The notes beneath the pieces were generated by a model. That model saw nothing but the letters and a program-made list of their open reading frames with translations, was not told the DNA's origin and did no database searches. DNA of 64,000 bases from contig CAUYUJ010000048.1 of assembly GCA_963575745.1 (NCBI GenBank), forward strand, positions 62,001-126,000, in the 5' to 3' direction. Position numbers and translations under genes: made by a program. The DNA comes from Prorocentrum cordatum. Its lineage: Eukaryota. Position 1 is the first letter of the stretch. Every line of letters starts with the position of its first letter. Shown one piece after another: positions 12,900 to 24,442 of this stretch.

Positions 12900-13225
12900 C
12901 ATCTGCAAGAGTGGCGCGCCGACAAAAACCCTACCAGACAGCACTTGGCATTCTGTCACGGTTGGAGGAACTGGCTGCTATGGAGGCAGCTGAGGGGCAA
13001 CAGCCCCTATCTGCAAGGGGAAACGCGGGACGGGAGGCTAGCCGATGAGGACGACCTGATCCGCTACGTGGCGTTCTTGTACAATGTCGTGGGACCTCGA
13101 GCCACCGCCATCAGGCAGAAACTGTTCGCCATTCGGTATGCGCACACCCTGGACGGGTTTGGTGACGTCACCGCGGACCGTCGGCGGTTATGGACCACGA
13201 TGGAGGGGCTACGGCGCGCCCCGAC
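12900..13225 (+). pseudogene. Tyrosine-recombinase N-terminal (core-binding) domain relic, DIRS/Ngaro-like retroelement or Crypton
   Basis: WRNWLLWRQLRGNSPYL...EDDLIRYVAFL...TAIRQKLFAIRYAHTLDGFGDVT...LWTTMEGLRR fits the W..W..F / L..FV..L / TI...L.AI...H...G..DP / L.G..R pattern recalled for YR elements. No catalytic domain follows. Confidence 0.65.
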
Positions 13226-13367
13226 GCGCCAGGGGCCACAGTGGCAGAGCGCGCTTCGTGTTTCGGGCGGCCACGGCAAGAACGCACCAGAGAAAGAAGC
13301 AGGCCTGCCGTGGGGGGATCGCAGCGGCAGCCTTCTCGCACTCCGATGGGCCCGCAGAGCACTCGGG

Positions 13368-13644
13368 TTAAGTCCGGCCTGTCCCTCTGCAGGAGGATGT
13401 TTTAAACATAGTTAAACAAATTAAATAACAAAACAGTCTGGGGACGATGTTTAAACCATACTTGATTATCTGTTGATTTTCGTTTTAATTTGTTGGGGGT
13501 ATTCTTTCGATTTTTTTTTGTTGAGCGGGGGTTAAAAAAGTCAAGGGACGATTTTTAAAACCATGTTTGATTGTTGTTTGGTTACTTTTGGGGTATTCTC
13601 CATGTTCATCCAGAATCCGCCTGTGGGGGACACGCCCGACCTAA
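13368..13644. mobile_element. Family A MITE
   Basis: Family TIRs and internal gtctggggacgat motif, flanked by a ~95-99-bp duplication. Confidence 0.8.
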
Positions 13645-14237
13645 GGCTACAGTACGAGCACACCAGAAATGAAGCAGGCCTGCCAGGGGGTGCGCCGCGA
13701 CAGCGTCTCGCACTCCGTTGGGACCGCAGAGCACTCGGGCACCCTGCGACTCGGGGAGACAATTGTCAGGTGGTGGGGATGGGGTTCGGAGAAGAGAGGG
13801 TATCCTTACCCGTTGGCGGCTGAAGGTGTCGTTCACTGCATCCGGATGCAGTTGCTCATGCCTTTCATCCTCCCAGCCCCTTCCTCCCAAGACGGTGATT
13901 GTTCGCCTCAGCGACGCCCGGAGTCGACGAAGAGGGTGCGTCCCCCCAGAGCTCTCACAGCAGGCTGCCTTCTCTCTTGTCGCACGCGCCTGCTGTAGAA
14001 GGGCAACGAGGAGCAGGAGGAGGAGAAGGAGGAGGAACAGTGTCCTGGAGCGTCCTGGGCGCCACAGTCCACGTGGCCTAAGAGGAGGAGGAGGAGGAGG
14101 ACCAGGAGGAGGAGGAGGAGGAGGTCAGGAGGAGAGGGAGGATGAGGAGCAGGAGGTGGAGGAGGAGGAGGAGCAGGAGCAGGAGCAGGATCAGGAGCAG
14201 GATGTTGATGGTGATGATGCTGATGATGCTGATGATA

Positions 14238-14293
<56 letters not shown>

Positions 14294-14550
14294 AGTGATG
14301 ATAGTGATGATAGTGATGATAGTGATGCTGATGCTGATGCTGATGCTGATGAGGATGCTGATGATGATGACGATGATGATGATGCTGCTGATGATGATGA
14401 TTATGATGATGGTGGTGATGGTGGTGATGATGGTGATGATGGTGATGATGGTGATGGTGATGGTGATGGTGATGGTGATGATGATGATGCTGATGATGAT
14501 GATGATGATGATGATGATGGTGATGATGATAGTGATGGTGATGGTGATGG

Positions 14551-14586
<36 letters not shown>

Positions 14587-14659
14587 GGAGGAGGAGGAGG
14601 AGGAGGAGGAGGAGGAGGAGGAGGAGGACGACGAGGAAGACGACGACGGGAGCCAGCAG

Positions 14660-14715
14660 GTGGCCGCTCTGGCTCGCAGCGAGGCCTCGCCGGTCCGGTC
14701 CATACTGAAGCTCAG
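14660..14715 (+). other. Possible degenerate tandem DinoSL relics upstream of the nested gene ATG
   Basis: GTGGCCGCTCTGGCTC (14660-14675) matches GTAGCCATTTTGGCTC at 12/16, all differences transitions. CCATACTGAAGCTCAG (14700-14715) loosely resembles CCATTTTGGCTCAAG. Confidence 0.35.
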
Positions 14716-14757
14716 CAGCGCGGCCCGCGCGGCGCGCGCCCCGGGGCGGAGACCAAA

Positions 14758-14883
14758 ATGGCACGGGGCCGGGCCCTGCTCCTGTGCGCACTGCTCGCGC
14801 TCCCGCGCCTGCCGTGCGCCGCGCGGGCCGAGGCGTCGGGCAAGAGCCAGGAGCCCGCAGCAGATCGGAGGGGGGGCCTAGAA
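14758..14883 (+). CDS. Coiled-coil protein exon 1, signal peptide (MARGRALLLCALLALPRLPCAARAEASGKSQEPAADRRGGLE)
   Basis: aaaATGG start, basic N-terminus, hydrophobic core and AxA site. Phase-0 GT donor at 14884 fits the exon at 16081; alternative GA donors exist at 14863 and 14881. Confidence 0.65.
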
Positions 14884-14896
14884 GTTGGCACTCGCA

Positions 14897-15052
14897 CCGA
14901 GTCGGGCCTGTCCCTCTACCGGGGGAGTATGCAAGAACAGGCAGAAAGCAGACATGGGACGATGCTTTGGGTCTTGTTTGGCTCTTGTGTGGAGTTTTTT
15001 GTTTTTTATTTTTCCTCCAGAACCCGCCTGTAGGGGGACATGCCCGACCTAA
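14897..15052. mobile_element. Family A MITE in intron 1 of the nested gene
   Basis: Family TIRs; TSD degenerate. Confidence 0.75.
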
Positions 15053-15632
15053 CAATCACCCCAGTATCCCTGGGAGGCGGCACAAAGGGGGGTGACGACT
15101 AGTGGGGGTGGATACAATGGAAAGGGCCATGATATCTCCCCCGATTTCATGGCGCCTCTTTTCATTTGATTATTACGTCCCTGGCCCCCCCCTGGGCCGC
15201 GCACATGCCGCCGGCTATGATTTGCGCCCCCCCTCTTGGAACCCCCTCTTGGACGCCCCCGATATTCAGGCAGGCCTTGAATCGGGAGAAGCCGCTCCAG
15301 AGCGTTCCGGAGCGCTCTCAGAGCGCCCCAGAGCGCTCTGAGACGGCCGCGGCGCCTTATACATCCTTTAGGCCCGCCGTATCCCAGCGATCCCCGATGT
15401 TATCCCTATCTTGGCTTCGTCTTGAGTCTCGGTAAATTGCTTCCACCGAGGGAAGAGGATCCTGATCTCTGCGATCCGAGAGACGATCACCAGCGCCAGA
15501 ATCGAGGATCGGCTTCCTCCAGTGTATAAGTGAGCCCCTGCACGGGTGGTGGCACTTCGCAGGCCCCTGGTGAGAAGCATCCGTACACCACCATGCCCAA
15601 CCAGGGCCGATCTGGTCTGTAGGATGCTAGGT

Positions 15633-15791
15633 TTAAGTCGGAGATGTCCCTCTACAGGAGGAATATCCCAGAATTGTGAAAATATACTCTGGGGACGATT
15701 GTTCGACAGTTGTTCGACTTCTTCGAATATGCGCTGGACCATTTACTGTTGCTCTTCAAAGTACGCCTGTAGGAGGACATGCCCGACCTAA
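15633..15791. mobile_element. Family A MITE
   Basis: Family TIRs; TSD tgctaggt / tgctaggc. Confidence 0.85.
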
Positions 15792-16080
15792 TGCTAGGCC
15801 CTCCTGGCCTCTGCGGGGGGGCCGTGCCGTCGGGGCCACCCCGCTGCGGCAGCGCACGCCGGCCGCGTCCTGGTCCTCAGGCCGTCCACGCCCCGAGCTC
15901 TTTCGAAATCCTGCGCCGCGGGGTGGGGTGACACGCTAGCCGCTTGCGGGGCACAGCGTATCGCTGGGGCCACCACCGCGGCACGCTGAGCAAAAGCTCC
16001 TGACCGTATGCGCTCCATGCCAGGGCTCAGGACCGCCTTGGCCAGGCATGGAAATGGTGTGTGGATGCCTTCTGCTTAAG

Positions 16081-17175
16081 GAGGACCCTGTAAACAAGAT
16101 TATCCGGCTCCTGACGGATATGAAAGACCAGGTGGAGAAGGAAGCTTCAGCGGACATGGTCGGTTACAACAAGTACATGTGTTGGTGCGACACCAACAGG
16201 AAGGAGAAGACGGAGGCCGTCGAGATCGCAACCAAAAAGATCGCTGAGCTGACCACGTTCTTGGAGGAGGGAGCGGCCAAGAAGGAGAAGTTGAAAACAG
16301 AAATTCAGGGCCTGGCTGCCGACATCGCCGAAGACACCGAGACGCTGGCCACTGCGACGGCGCTGCGCCAGGATCAAAACTCGAAGTTCAAAGGGGCGGA
16401 GGCCGACATGAAGGAGACCCGCCAGCTCCTGACTGAGGCTGTGGAGGTGCTTTCCAAGGTTCAGTTGCTCCAGACGGGCGCCCCTGGAGCAGAGGCCGAG
16501 AAGGCCAAGACAGCCCTTGTGCAGGTCCGCAACATTGTCAGCAGGCGATTCCCGAAGTACGAGAGCATCATGCAGCGCGACTTCTATGACGTTCTGGGAT
16601 CCTTCGACGAGATGACACAGTCCAGCCAGGTGCTCACCGGCGCGTTCACGAGCGACGCCGATCGTGCGAAGGCTGCCTCGTTGGCACAGTCCGCACAAGA
16701 GGGCCGACTGCTGCCCTGGGAGAAGACGGAAGAGCAGCTCGGCCAGGAGAAGAAACCGAACGAGCTCATCGGAGCCGCCGCCGGCGCCAAGTCGTACAAC
16801 GCCCGCAGCGGCCGCATCCTCGGAGTGCTCAGCGAGCTGAAGGACGAGTTCACGAGGGACTTGGCACAGGCAACCTACGAAGAGTACCTGGCACTCGTGT
16901 CGTTCCAGAAGCTGAAGTCTGCGAAGGCCTCCGAGATCTTCATCGCCACCGAGACGAAGAAGCGCAAGGAGTCCGCCCTCGCCGATCTCCTCGACGCCAT
17001 CGCGAAGGCCAAGGCGGACAAGGCCGCGATGGAGGACGCCAAGGCGGCGGACGAGGCGTTCCTCGCCCAGCTCGAGCAGAGCTGCAAGGACGAGGACGCG
17101 GCCTACCACCAGCGCCTCGCGGCCCGCACCGAGGAGATCCGGGCGCTGTCCGAGGCCCTGAAGATCCTCACCGAG
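16081..17175 (+). CDS. Coiled-coil protein exon 2 (EDPVNKIIRLLTDMK...ALSEALKILTE)
   Basis: 1.1-kb stop-free frame with GC3-rich codons and A/E/K/L-rich helical sequence (YMCWCD, SGRILGVL, CxxE...R..EIRAL). AG|G acceptor. Ends at 17175 (GA donor) or 17184 (GC donor). Confidence 0.92.
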
Positions 17176-17182
17176 GACGCCC

Positions 17183-17369
17183 AGGCTTCCCAAATAGGGT
17201 CCGAATAGATGGGGTTGGTGGATCGCGCCACGTCGCTGATGCATTGGCCATGCGGCTCGACGTGGAGCCCAGTGTTCTGGACGCCGATGCATCGCCGATG
17301 CATCGGCGATGCATCGGCGATGCGGCTCGCTCCAACGACCCCATCTGCTTCGACCCAACTTGGCGGCCT
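17183..17369. mobile_element. Family C palindromic MITE forming intron 2 of the nested gene (Introner-like)
   Basis: TIR aggcttcccaaatagggtccgaatagatgggg...ccccatctgcttcgacccaacttggcggcct with a (gccgatgcatc) palindromic core. Ends coincide with the splice sites. Confidence 0.82.
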
Positions 17370-17373
17370 CCAG

Positions 17374-17994
17374 GACGACGCCCGCGCCACGTTCGGCCGC
17401 TCCTTCAGCCTGCTGCAGCAGCGGTCGCAGCGGAGGGCGTCCACCGAGGCGGAGCTCGCGCAGGACCGGCGTTCCGAGAAGGCCATGCAGCGCATCGCGG
17501 CGATCGCCAAGAAGCACAAGAATTGGGCGCTAGTGTCGCTGGCCGTGCGCACCCGCCTGGACTCCTTCAAGGAGGTAATCGCTGCCATGGACACCATGGC
17601 GGCCGAGCTGGCAACTCAGCAGAAGAAGGAATACGAGAAGTGGGAGACCTGCAAGTCCGAGATCGACAAGACCGAGGACACCATCAAGGTGGAGGAGCGC
17701 ACGAAGAAGGAGCTCGGCGAGACGCACACGTCGCTGGTGGACAAGATCGGCACTCTGAACGGCGAGATAGCCGAGCTCCGGAAGCAGGTGGCCGACAACG
17801 AGGTGGCCCTCAAGGACGCCGGCGAGGACCGGAAGGCCGAGAACCAGCTGTACCAGGCCTCCGTCATGGACCAGCGCGCCACGGTGCGCATCCTCGAGAA
17901 GGCCCTCGCGCGCCTGAAGACGTACTACGCCATGCTGCAGACGGAGCAGCCCGTGCCCGGCGCCACCGCGCCTGCGCCGCCGGCCAGGGGCAAG
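17374..17994 (+). CDS. Coiled-coil protein exon 3 (DDARATFGRSFSLLQ...PAPPARGK)
   Basis: Same composition and codon bias as exon 2. cag|G acceptor, AAG|gt donor. Confidence 0.92.
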
Positions 17995-18769
17995 GTTCGG
18001 GGGCCGCCGCGGTGTACACCAGCGCAGGTCCTGGCCAGGCCAACCCTGGGCTCAGGATATCATCGGTGTCACCCCAACCTGCTGACACTACGTGTACGTC
18101 GCCCCCCCCCCCCCCCCCGAGAGATCTGACAGTGTGTGCGTCGTGGCGGGCGCTTCCTGGCCACACCGCTCGGGGAGCGATACGCTACAAGATGGGCGTA
18201 CTACGTGTTCGGGTCGGACGCGCGCCTCCGAGGAGGACGCGCTGCACCAGCATGAATCTCTGTGCGTGCCAACATCTCGCTGCTCCGAGGCGGGCGGCCT
18301 GGTCACCACCGCCCAGGGGGGTGTCGGTCGTGGGGGGCCTCCGCGGGCCGCGGGTAGATGCCGAGCCCAGGGTTCTCTGTTGGAGGTTTGCCCCCGGAAC
18401 CGACGGCTGTGGGGCCGGCGAAAGTATCTGCGATAAATATCGACTACACGTAAGAGTGACCCTTCGCCGGAGTGACCTCTGGTGCGGGCCCATTGGGGTC
18501 CCCGATCGCCGAACGCCGGGCGGCAGTGGCGTCTTGCGCGCTTGTGTTTTGCCCCCCCCCCCCCCCCCCCCCCCCCGCGGCCCCCAAAAGGTCGCGCACC
18601 AAAGGTCACTCTTACCCAGGGTCACTTTTACATGTACCCGAAAATAACGAAATCGCTTGAGGATGTCTCGAGCGAAATGCTGGTTCTACAGAGTTCGGGG
18701 ATGTCTCGAGCGGGGGCCTCGTGAGGGTTCAGAATTCAGAGGGTATCTCAGGCGAAATGCTTGATTTCA

Positions 18770-21300
18770 CGTGCCCAGGTCGGCCAGGGGGGTATCCAAA
18801 ATGGTTGTACGCCGCTGGCGCCCCAGACGACCGCATGTTGGATATCCCCCCTGGGTGGGCTGGAACCGTGAGTTTTTCGGTGTGCAGGCCATCAGGGGGT
18901 ATCTAACATGGTGGTCCCGAGCTGGAATCACGTGTTTTCACGTGTCCAGCCCACCAAGGGGGGTATCTAACATGGTGGTCCCGAGTTGGAACAACGTGTT
19001 GTTACATGTTCAGGCCACCCAGGAGGATTATCTAACATGGTGGTCCTGCGCTGGAACCGTGTGTTTTCAAGTGTCCAGGCCACCCAGGGGGGTATCTAAC
19101 ATGGTGGTCTTGCGGTGGAACTACGTGTTTTTACCTGTTCAGGCCACCGAGGGGGATATCTAACATGATTGTCCCGAGCTGGAACCACGTGTTTTTACGT
19201 GTCCAGGCCGCCCAGGTGGGATATCCAACATGGCGTCAGGCCCAACGCCGAAGTATCAGGAAACGCAGGGGGGCCCGAACAGCGCTACCCAAACACATAT
19301 CCCAAAACAGGAAAGTGATGTTGTTTTTCTCTGGACAGGGGTGGCGCTTTGGGGCCTCCCCAGGGAAGACATTGCGAGGATGTCTCGAGCGGGAGCGCGA
19401 ATCCAGCGTATCCAGGCCACCCAGGGGGGTACCTAACATGGTTGTCCCGAGCAAGGACCATGTGTGTTAACGTGTCCAGGCAACCCAGGGGTGTATCGAA
19501 CATGGTTGCCCACAACTGATCCTACGTTTGTTTACGCGTCCAGGCCACCCATGGGGGATATCTAACATGGTACATGGTGGTCCTGCGGTGGAACTGATTG
19601 GTTTTACCTGTTCAGGCCACCAAGGAGGATATCCAGCATGGTCCTCCCGAGCTGGAACCACCTGTTTGCACGTGTCCAGGCCGCCCAAGGAGGTATCTAA
19701 CATGGTGGTCCAGAGCTGGAATCATGTGTTTTTACATGTTCAGGCCACCCAGGAGTTTTATCTAACATGGTTATCCTGCGCTGGAACTGCGTGTTTTTAC
19801 GTGTCCAGGCCACCCAGGGGGGTGTCTAACACGGTTGTCCCGAGCTGGAACCACATGTTTTTACATGTCCAGGCCACCCAGTGAGGTATCTAACATGATT
19901 GCTCCGAATTTGAACCACGTGCTTCTACGTGTCCAGGCCGCCCAATGTGGATATCCAACATGGCGTCGGGCCCAACGCCGAATTATCAGGAAACGCAGGG
20001 GGGCCCGAACAGCGCTACCCAAACACATATCCCAAAACAGGAAAGTGATATTGTTTTTCTCTGGGCAGGGGGTGGCGCTTTGGGGGCCTCTCTAGGGGAG
20101 ACATTGCAAGGATGTCTCGAGCGGGAGCGCGAATCCAGCGTATCCAGGACACGCAGCGGGGGTATATAGCATTGTTGTCCCGAGCTGGAACAAAGTGCTT
20201 TGACATGTCCAGGCCAACCGGAGGCGGTATCTAACATGATTGTCCCGAGCAAGGATCATGTGCTTTAACGTGTCCAGGCCACTCATTGGTGTACCTAACA
20301 TGGTTATCCCGAGCTGGCACCATGTGTTTTTACATGTCCAGGCCATCCGGGGGGGAACCTTACATGGTTGCCCCGAGCAAGGACCAAGGCCACCCAGGGG
20401 TGTATCTAATATGGCTGCCTAGAGCTGACATGCACGTGTTTGCGGGTCCAGGCCACCCAGGGGGGTGTCTTACATGGCTGTCCGGAGCTGGAACCACATG
20501 TTTTTTACATGTCCAGGCACTTAATGAGATATCTAACATGATTGCTCCGAGTGTGAACCATGTTTGTACGTGTCCAGGCCGCTCAGGGTGGGTATCTAAC
20601 ATGGCGTCGGGCCCAACGCTGAATTATCAGGAAACGCACGGGAGGCCGAACAGCGCTACCCGAACACAAGTCATTTTTTCTTGCTCTGGACAGGAAGTGG
20701 CGCTTTGGGGGCCTCTCCAAGGAAGACACTGCGAGGACGTCTCGAGCGGGAGCGCGAACCCAGCGTATCCAGGCCACGCAGGGGGGTATCGAGCATGGTG
20801 GTCCCGAGCTGGAACCAAGTGTTTTTACGTGTCCAGGCCACCCAGGGGGATATCTAACAGGATTGTCCCGAGCTGGGGCCACGTGTTTGTACGTGTCCAG
20901 GCTGCCCAGGACAGGTACCTAACATGGTTGTCCCGAGCTGGCGCCACGTGCTTTTACGTGTCCAGGTCACCCAGGGGGGTATCTAACATGGTTGTTCCGA
21001 GCTTGAAATATCATGTGTGGTTCACGTGTCCAGGCCACCCAGGGGGGTATCTAACATGGTTGTCCCGAGCAGGGACCATGTGTGTTAACGTGTCCAGGCC
21101 ACCCAGGGGTGTATCGAACATGGTTGCTCACAGCTGGTCCCACGTGTGTTTACGCGTCCAGGCCACCCAGGGGGTATTAACGTGGTTGTGCCGAATGGGT
21201 GCCACGTGGTTTTACGTGTCCAGGCCGTCTTGGGGGTATTGAACATAGCGGTACCAAGTGCTTTCACGTGTCCAAGCCACCTAGAGGATATCTAACATGG
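18770..21300. repeat. ~61-bp minisatellite with three interspersed ~170-bp modules
   Basis: Unit gtgtccaggccacccaggggggtatctaacatggttgtcccgagctggaaccacgtgtttttac. Modules containing tatcaggaaacgca near 19230, 19960 and 20600. Confidence 0.9.
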
Positions 21301-22384
21301 GCCTCAAGGGCCTTCCTGGGGGCCTGGAACGGACGTCTAACATGAAGATTTGTTGAGGATATCTTGAGCGAACCATTTGTCTTCACGTGTCCCATTCGCC
21401 CAGGCGGATGTTTAGCATGAGGTGGCACGTCCATTGGCTCGTTCCGTAGAGCGTCCCCCTTTAGCGCGTCCTGCGGTGCGTCTCCACGGCACGTCCCCTG
21501 GCACGTCGCCTGGCGCATCCCTTGGGACGTTCCGTGGCGCGTCCCCCTGGCCCGTCTCCTTGTCAAGTAGCTTTGGGGCAGCTGCTATGTTCTCAGGCAG
21601 CTCGAGCTTAAGATCCAACTCAGTTCGGTCAGGACTCGGATGCAAAGGAGGACTCGATCCACAACACTATAGAGCACACTCTCGGTATGGCACATCGCCG
21701 TTCAGCACGGCGCAGCACAGCACAGCCCTCGGCACGGTACACCAAGATCGATACACCCAGCATTGCAATTTGGCACGTTCCTTTGCACGTTCCGTGACGC
21801 GTCCCGTCTCGAGTCCCCCTGACACGTCGCGCGGCGCGTCCCCTGGCACGTCCCGTGGCACGTCCATCGGCACGTTCCGTAGCGCGTCCCCTTGGCATGT
21901 CCCGCGGTGCGTCCCCATCGCACGTCCCCTGGCACGTCGCCTGGCGCGTTCTTGGGACGTTCCGCGGCGCGTCCTCCTAGCATGTCCCCCTGTAAATTAG
22001 CTCTGGGGCAGCTACTATGTGCTCAGGTAGCTCGAGCTTAAGATTCAAACCAGTTCGGTCAGGACTCGGATGCAACGGAGGACTCCATCCACAGCGCTAT
22101 AGAGCACAATCGCGGCATGGCGCATCGCAGTTCAGCACGGCGCAGCACAGCACAGCCCTCGGCACGGTGCATCAAGATCGATACACTCAGCATTGCGTTT
22201 GCCCGTCGTCCAATCAGTTGTACGTTGCCATGCCTTACGTTTCTATATTCCTTTCCGGTTTCGTGGGTCGATCATATTGCCCTTTACTTATCATTCAGGC
22301 CGGTGGGGCCGACCATGACCAGAGCCACCACCAGCTGAGGGCTCTGGGCATACGTGCGCATACCGTCCTGACCAAGACAGGAGG

Positions 22385-22729
22385 GCATACACACACCGAC
22401 GCAGACACACCTAGACACAGACATACAGACACAGACATACAGACACACAGACACACAGAGACACACAGACACACACACATACACCCACACACATACACCC
22501 ACACACCCACACCCACACCCACACCCACACGCACACGCACACGCACACACACACACACGCACACACGCACACACAGACACACAGACACAGACAGACACAC
22601 AGACACAGACACACAGACACACAGACACTCAGACACACAGACACACACAGACACACACACACACACGCGCACACGCACACACGCACACACGCACACACGC
22701 ACACACGCACGCACGCACGAACGCACACA

Positions 22730-22760
<31 letters not shown>

Positions 22761-24070
22761 CGGCCCGCCCGCCCGCACGCACGCACGCCCGCCCGCCCGC
22801 CCGCCCGCGCCCGAACACACACACACACACACACTTACACACACTTACACACACTTACACACACTTACACACACTTGCACACACTTGCACACACTTACAC
22901 TTACACACACACACTTACACTTACACACACTTACACACAACACACACAACACACAACACACACACACACAACACACAACACACACAACCACACAACACAC
23001 CACACACAACACACAACACACAACAAACACACAACAAACACACACGCACACGCACACGCACACGCACACGCACACGCACACGCACACGCACACGCACACG
23101 CACACGCACACGCACACGCACACGCACACGCACACGCACACGCACACGCACACGCACACGCACACGCACACGCACACGCACACGCACACGCACACGCACA
23201 CGCACACGCACACGCACACGCACACGCACGCGCACGCGCACGCGCACGCGCACGCGCACGCGCACGCGCACCGCACGCGCGCACGCACACGCACACGCGC
23301 GCGCACACGCGCACGCACGCGCGCACGCACACGCGACGCACACGCACACGCACCCACACCACACACACACACACACGCACACACACACACCACACGCACA
23401 CACACACACACACCCACACACACACGCACACGCACACGCATACGCACACGCATACGCATACGCGCACGCGCACGCGCGCGCACGCGCGCGCGCGCCCGCG
23501 CGCCCGCGCGCGCCCGCGCGCCCGCGCCCCGCGCGCCGCGCACCCGCGCACCCGCGCGCCCGCGCCCGCGCACCCGCGCACCGCGCACCCGCGCACCCGC
23601 GCGCACCCGCGCACCGCGCACCCGCGCGCGCGCGCACCCGCGCACCCGCGCACCCGCGCACCCCCACCCCACACCCCCACACCCCCACACCCCACACCCC
23701 ACACCCCCACACCCCCACACACACATACACACATACACACGCACGCGCACGCGCACACGCACACGCACACGCACACGCACACACACACACACACCACACA
23801 CCACACACCACCACACACACACACACACCACACACCACCACACACACACAATCACACACACAAACGCACGCACGCACGCACGCACGTACATACACAAACA
23901 CACGCACACGCGCACACGCGCACACGCGCACACGCGCACACACGCATACACGCACACACGCACACAATCACACAATCACACACGCACGCAGCACGCACAC
24001 GCACACACAATACACACGCAAGCACGCACTCATGCACACACGCACACAGCACGCACACGCACACACAATA
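22385..24070. repeat. CA/CG-rich compound microsatellite
   Basis: (CA)n, (CACACG)n and (CGCACCCG)n blocks. A similar (CAACACA)n tract lies at ~29230-29910. Confidence 0.95.
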
Positions 24071-24142
24071 CACCGATCCTGGGCCCAGGACGGGGCTGGG
24101 TAGGGCCGATGTAGAGTGTATAACGTCGGCGCCCCCGTGCAG

Positions 24143-24442
24143 GCGTACGAGAAGGGCGCCGGCGCCGCAGGCGTCCTGCAGGTCATCCAGATGGTCATCG
24201 AGGACGCCACGCGCACAGAGCAGGCGCTCGACAAGGACGAGAACGATGCGCAGAAGCGCTATGCGGCCATCGTGAACGACCTCACGGCCAGCATCGAGGC
24301 GGACCGCATCGCGATCGAGGAGAAGGAGCAGCAGGTCGCCGCAACCGAGGTGGAGAAGAGCGAGACAGAGGAGGCCCAGCTGGCCAACGAGGAGGAGCTC
24401 AAGAACCTGGCGGAGCTGTTGCACGCGCACCACCTGGAGTGC
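24143..24442 (+). CDS. Coiled-coil protein exon 4 (AYEKGAGAAGVLQVIQMVIEDA...LLHAHHLEC)
   Basis: cag|G acceptor, in frame with exon 3. Parallels the SYNARSGRILGVL segment of exon 2 (internal duplication). GA donor at 24443. Confidence 0.9.

Noticed and set aside
16147..17517. 456-aa minus-strand ORF
   Set aside because: Antisense shadow of the GC3-rich coiled-coil exons.
18770..21300. CRISPR-like regular array (also 26027-26480 and 43300-44600)
   Set aside because: Whole units repeat with no unique spacers, there are no cas genes and the context is eukaryotic. These are minisatellites.
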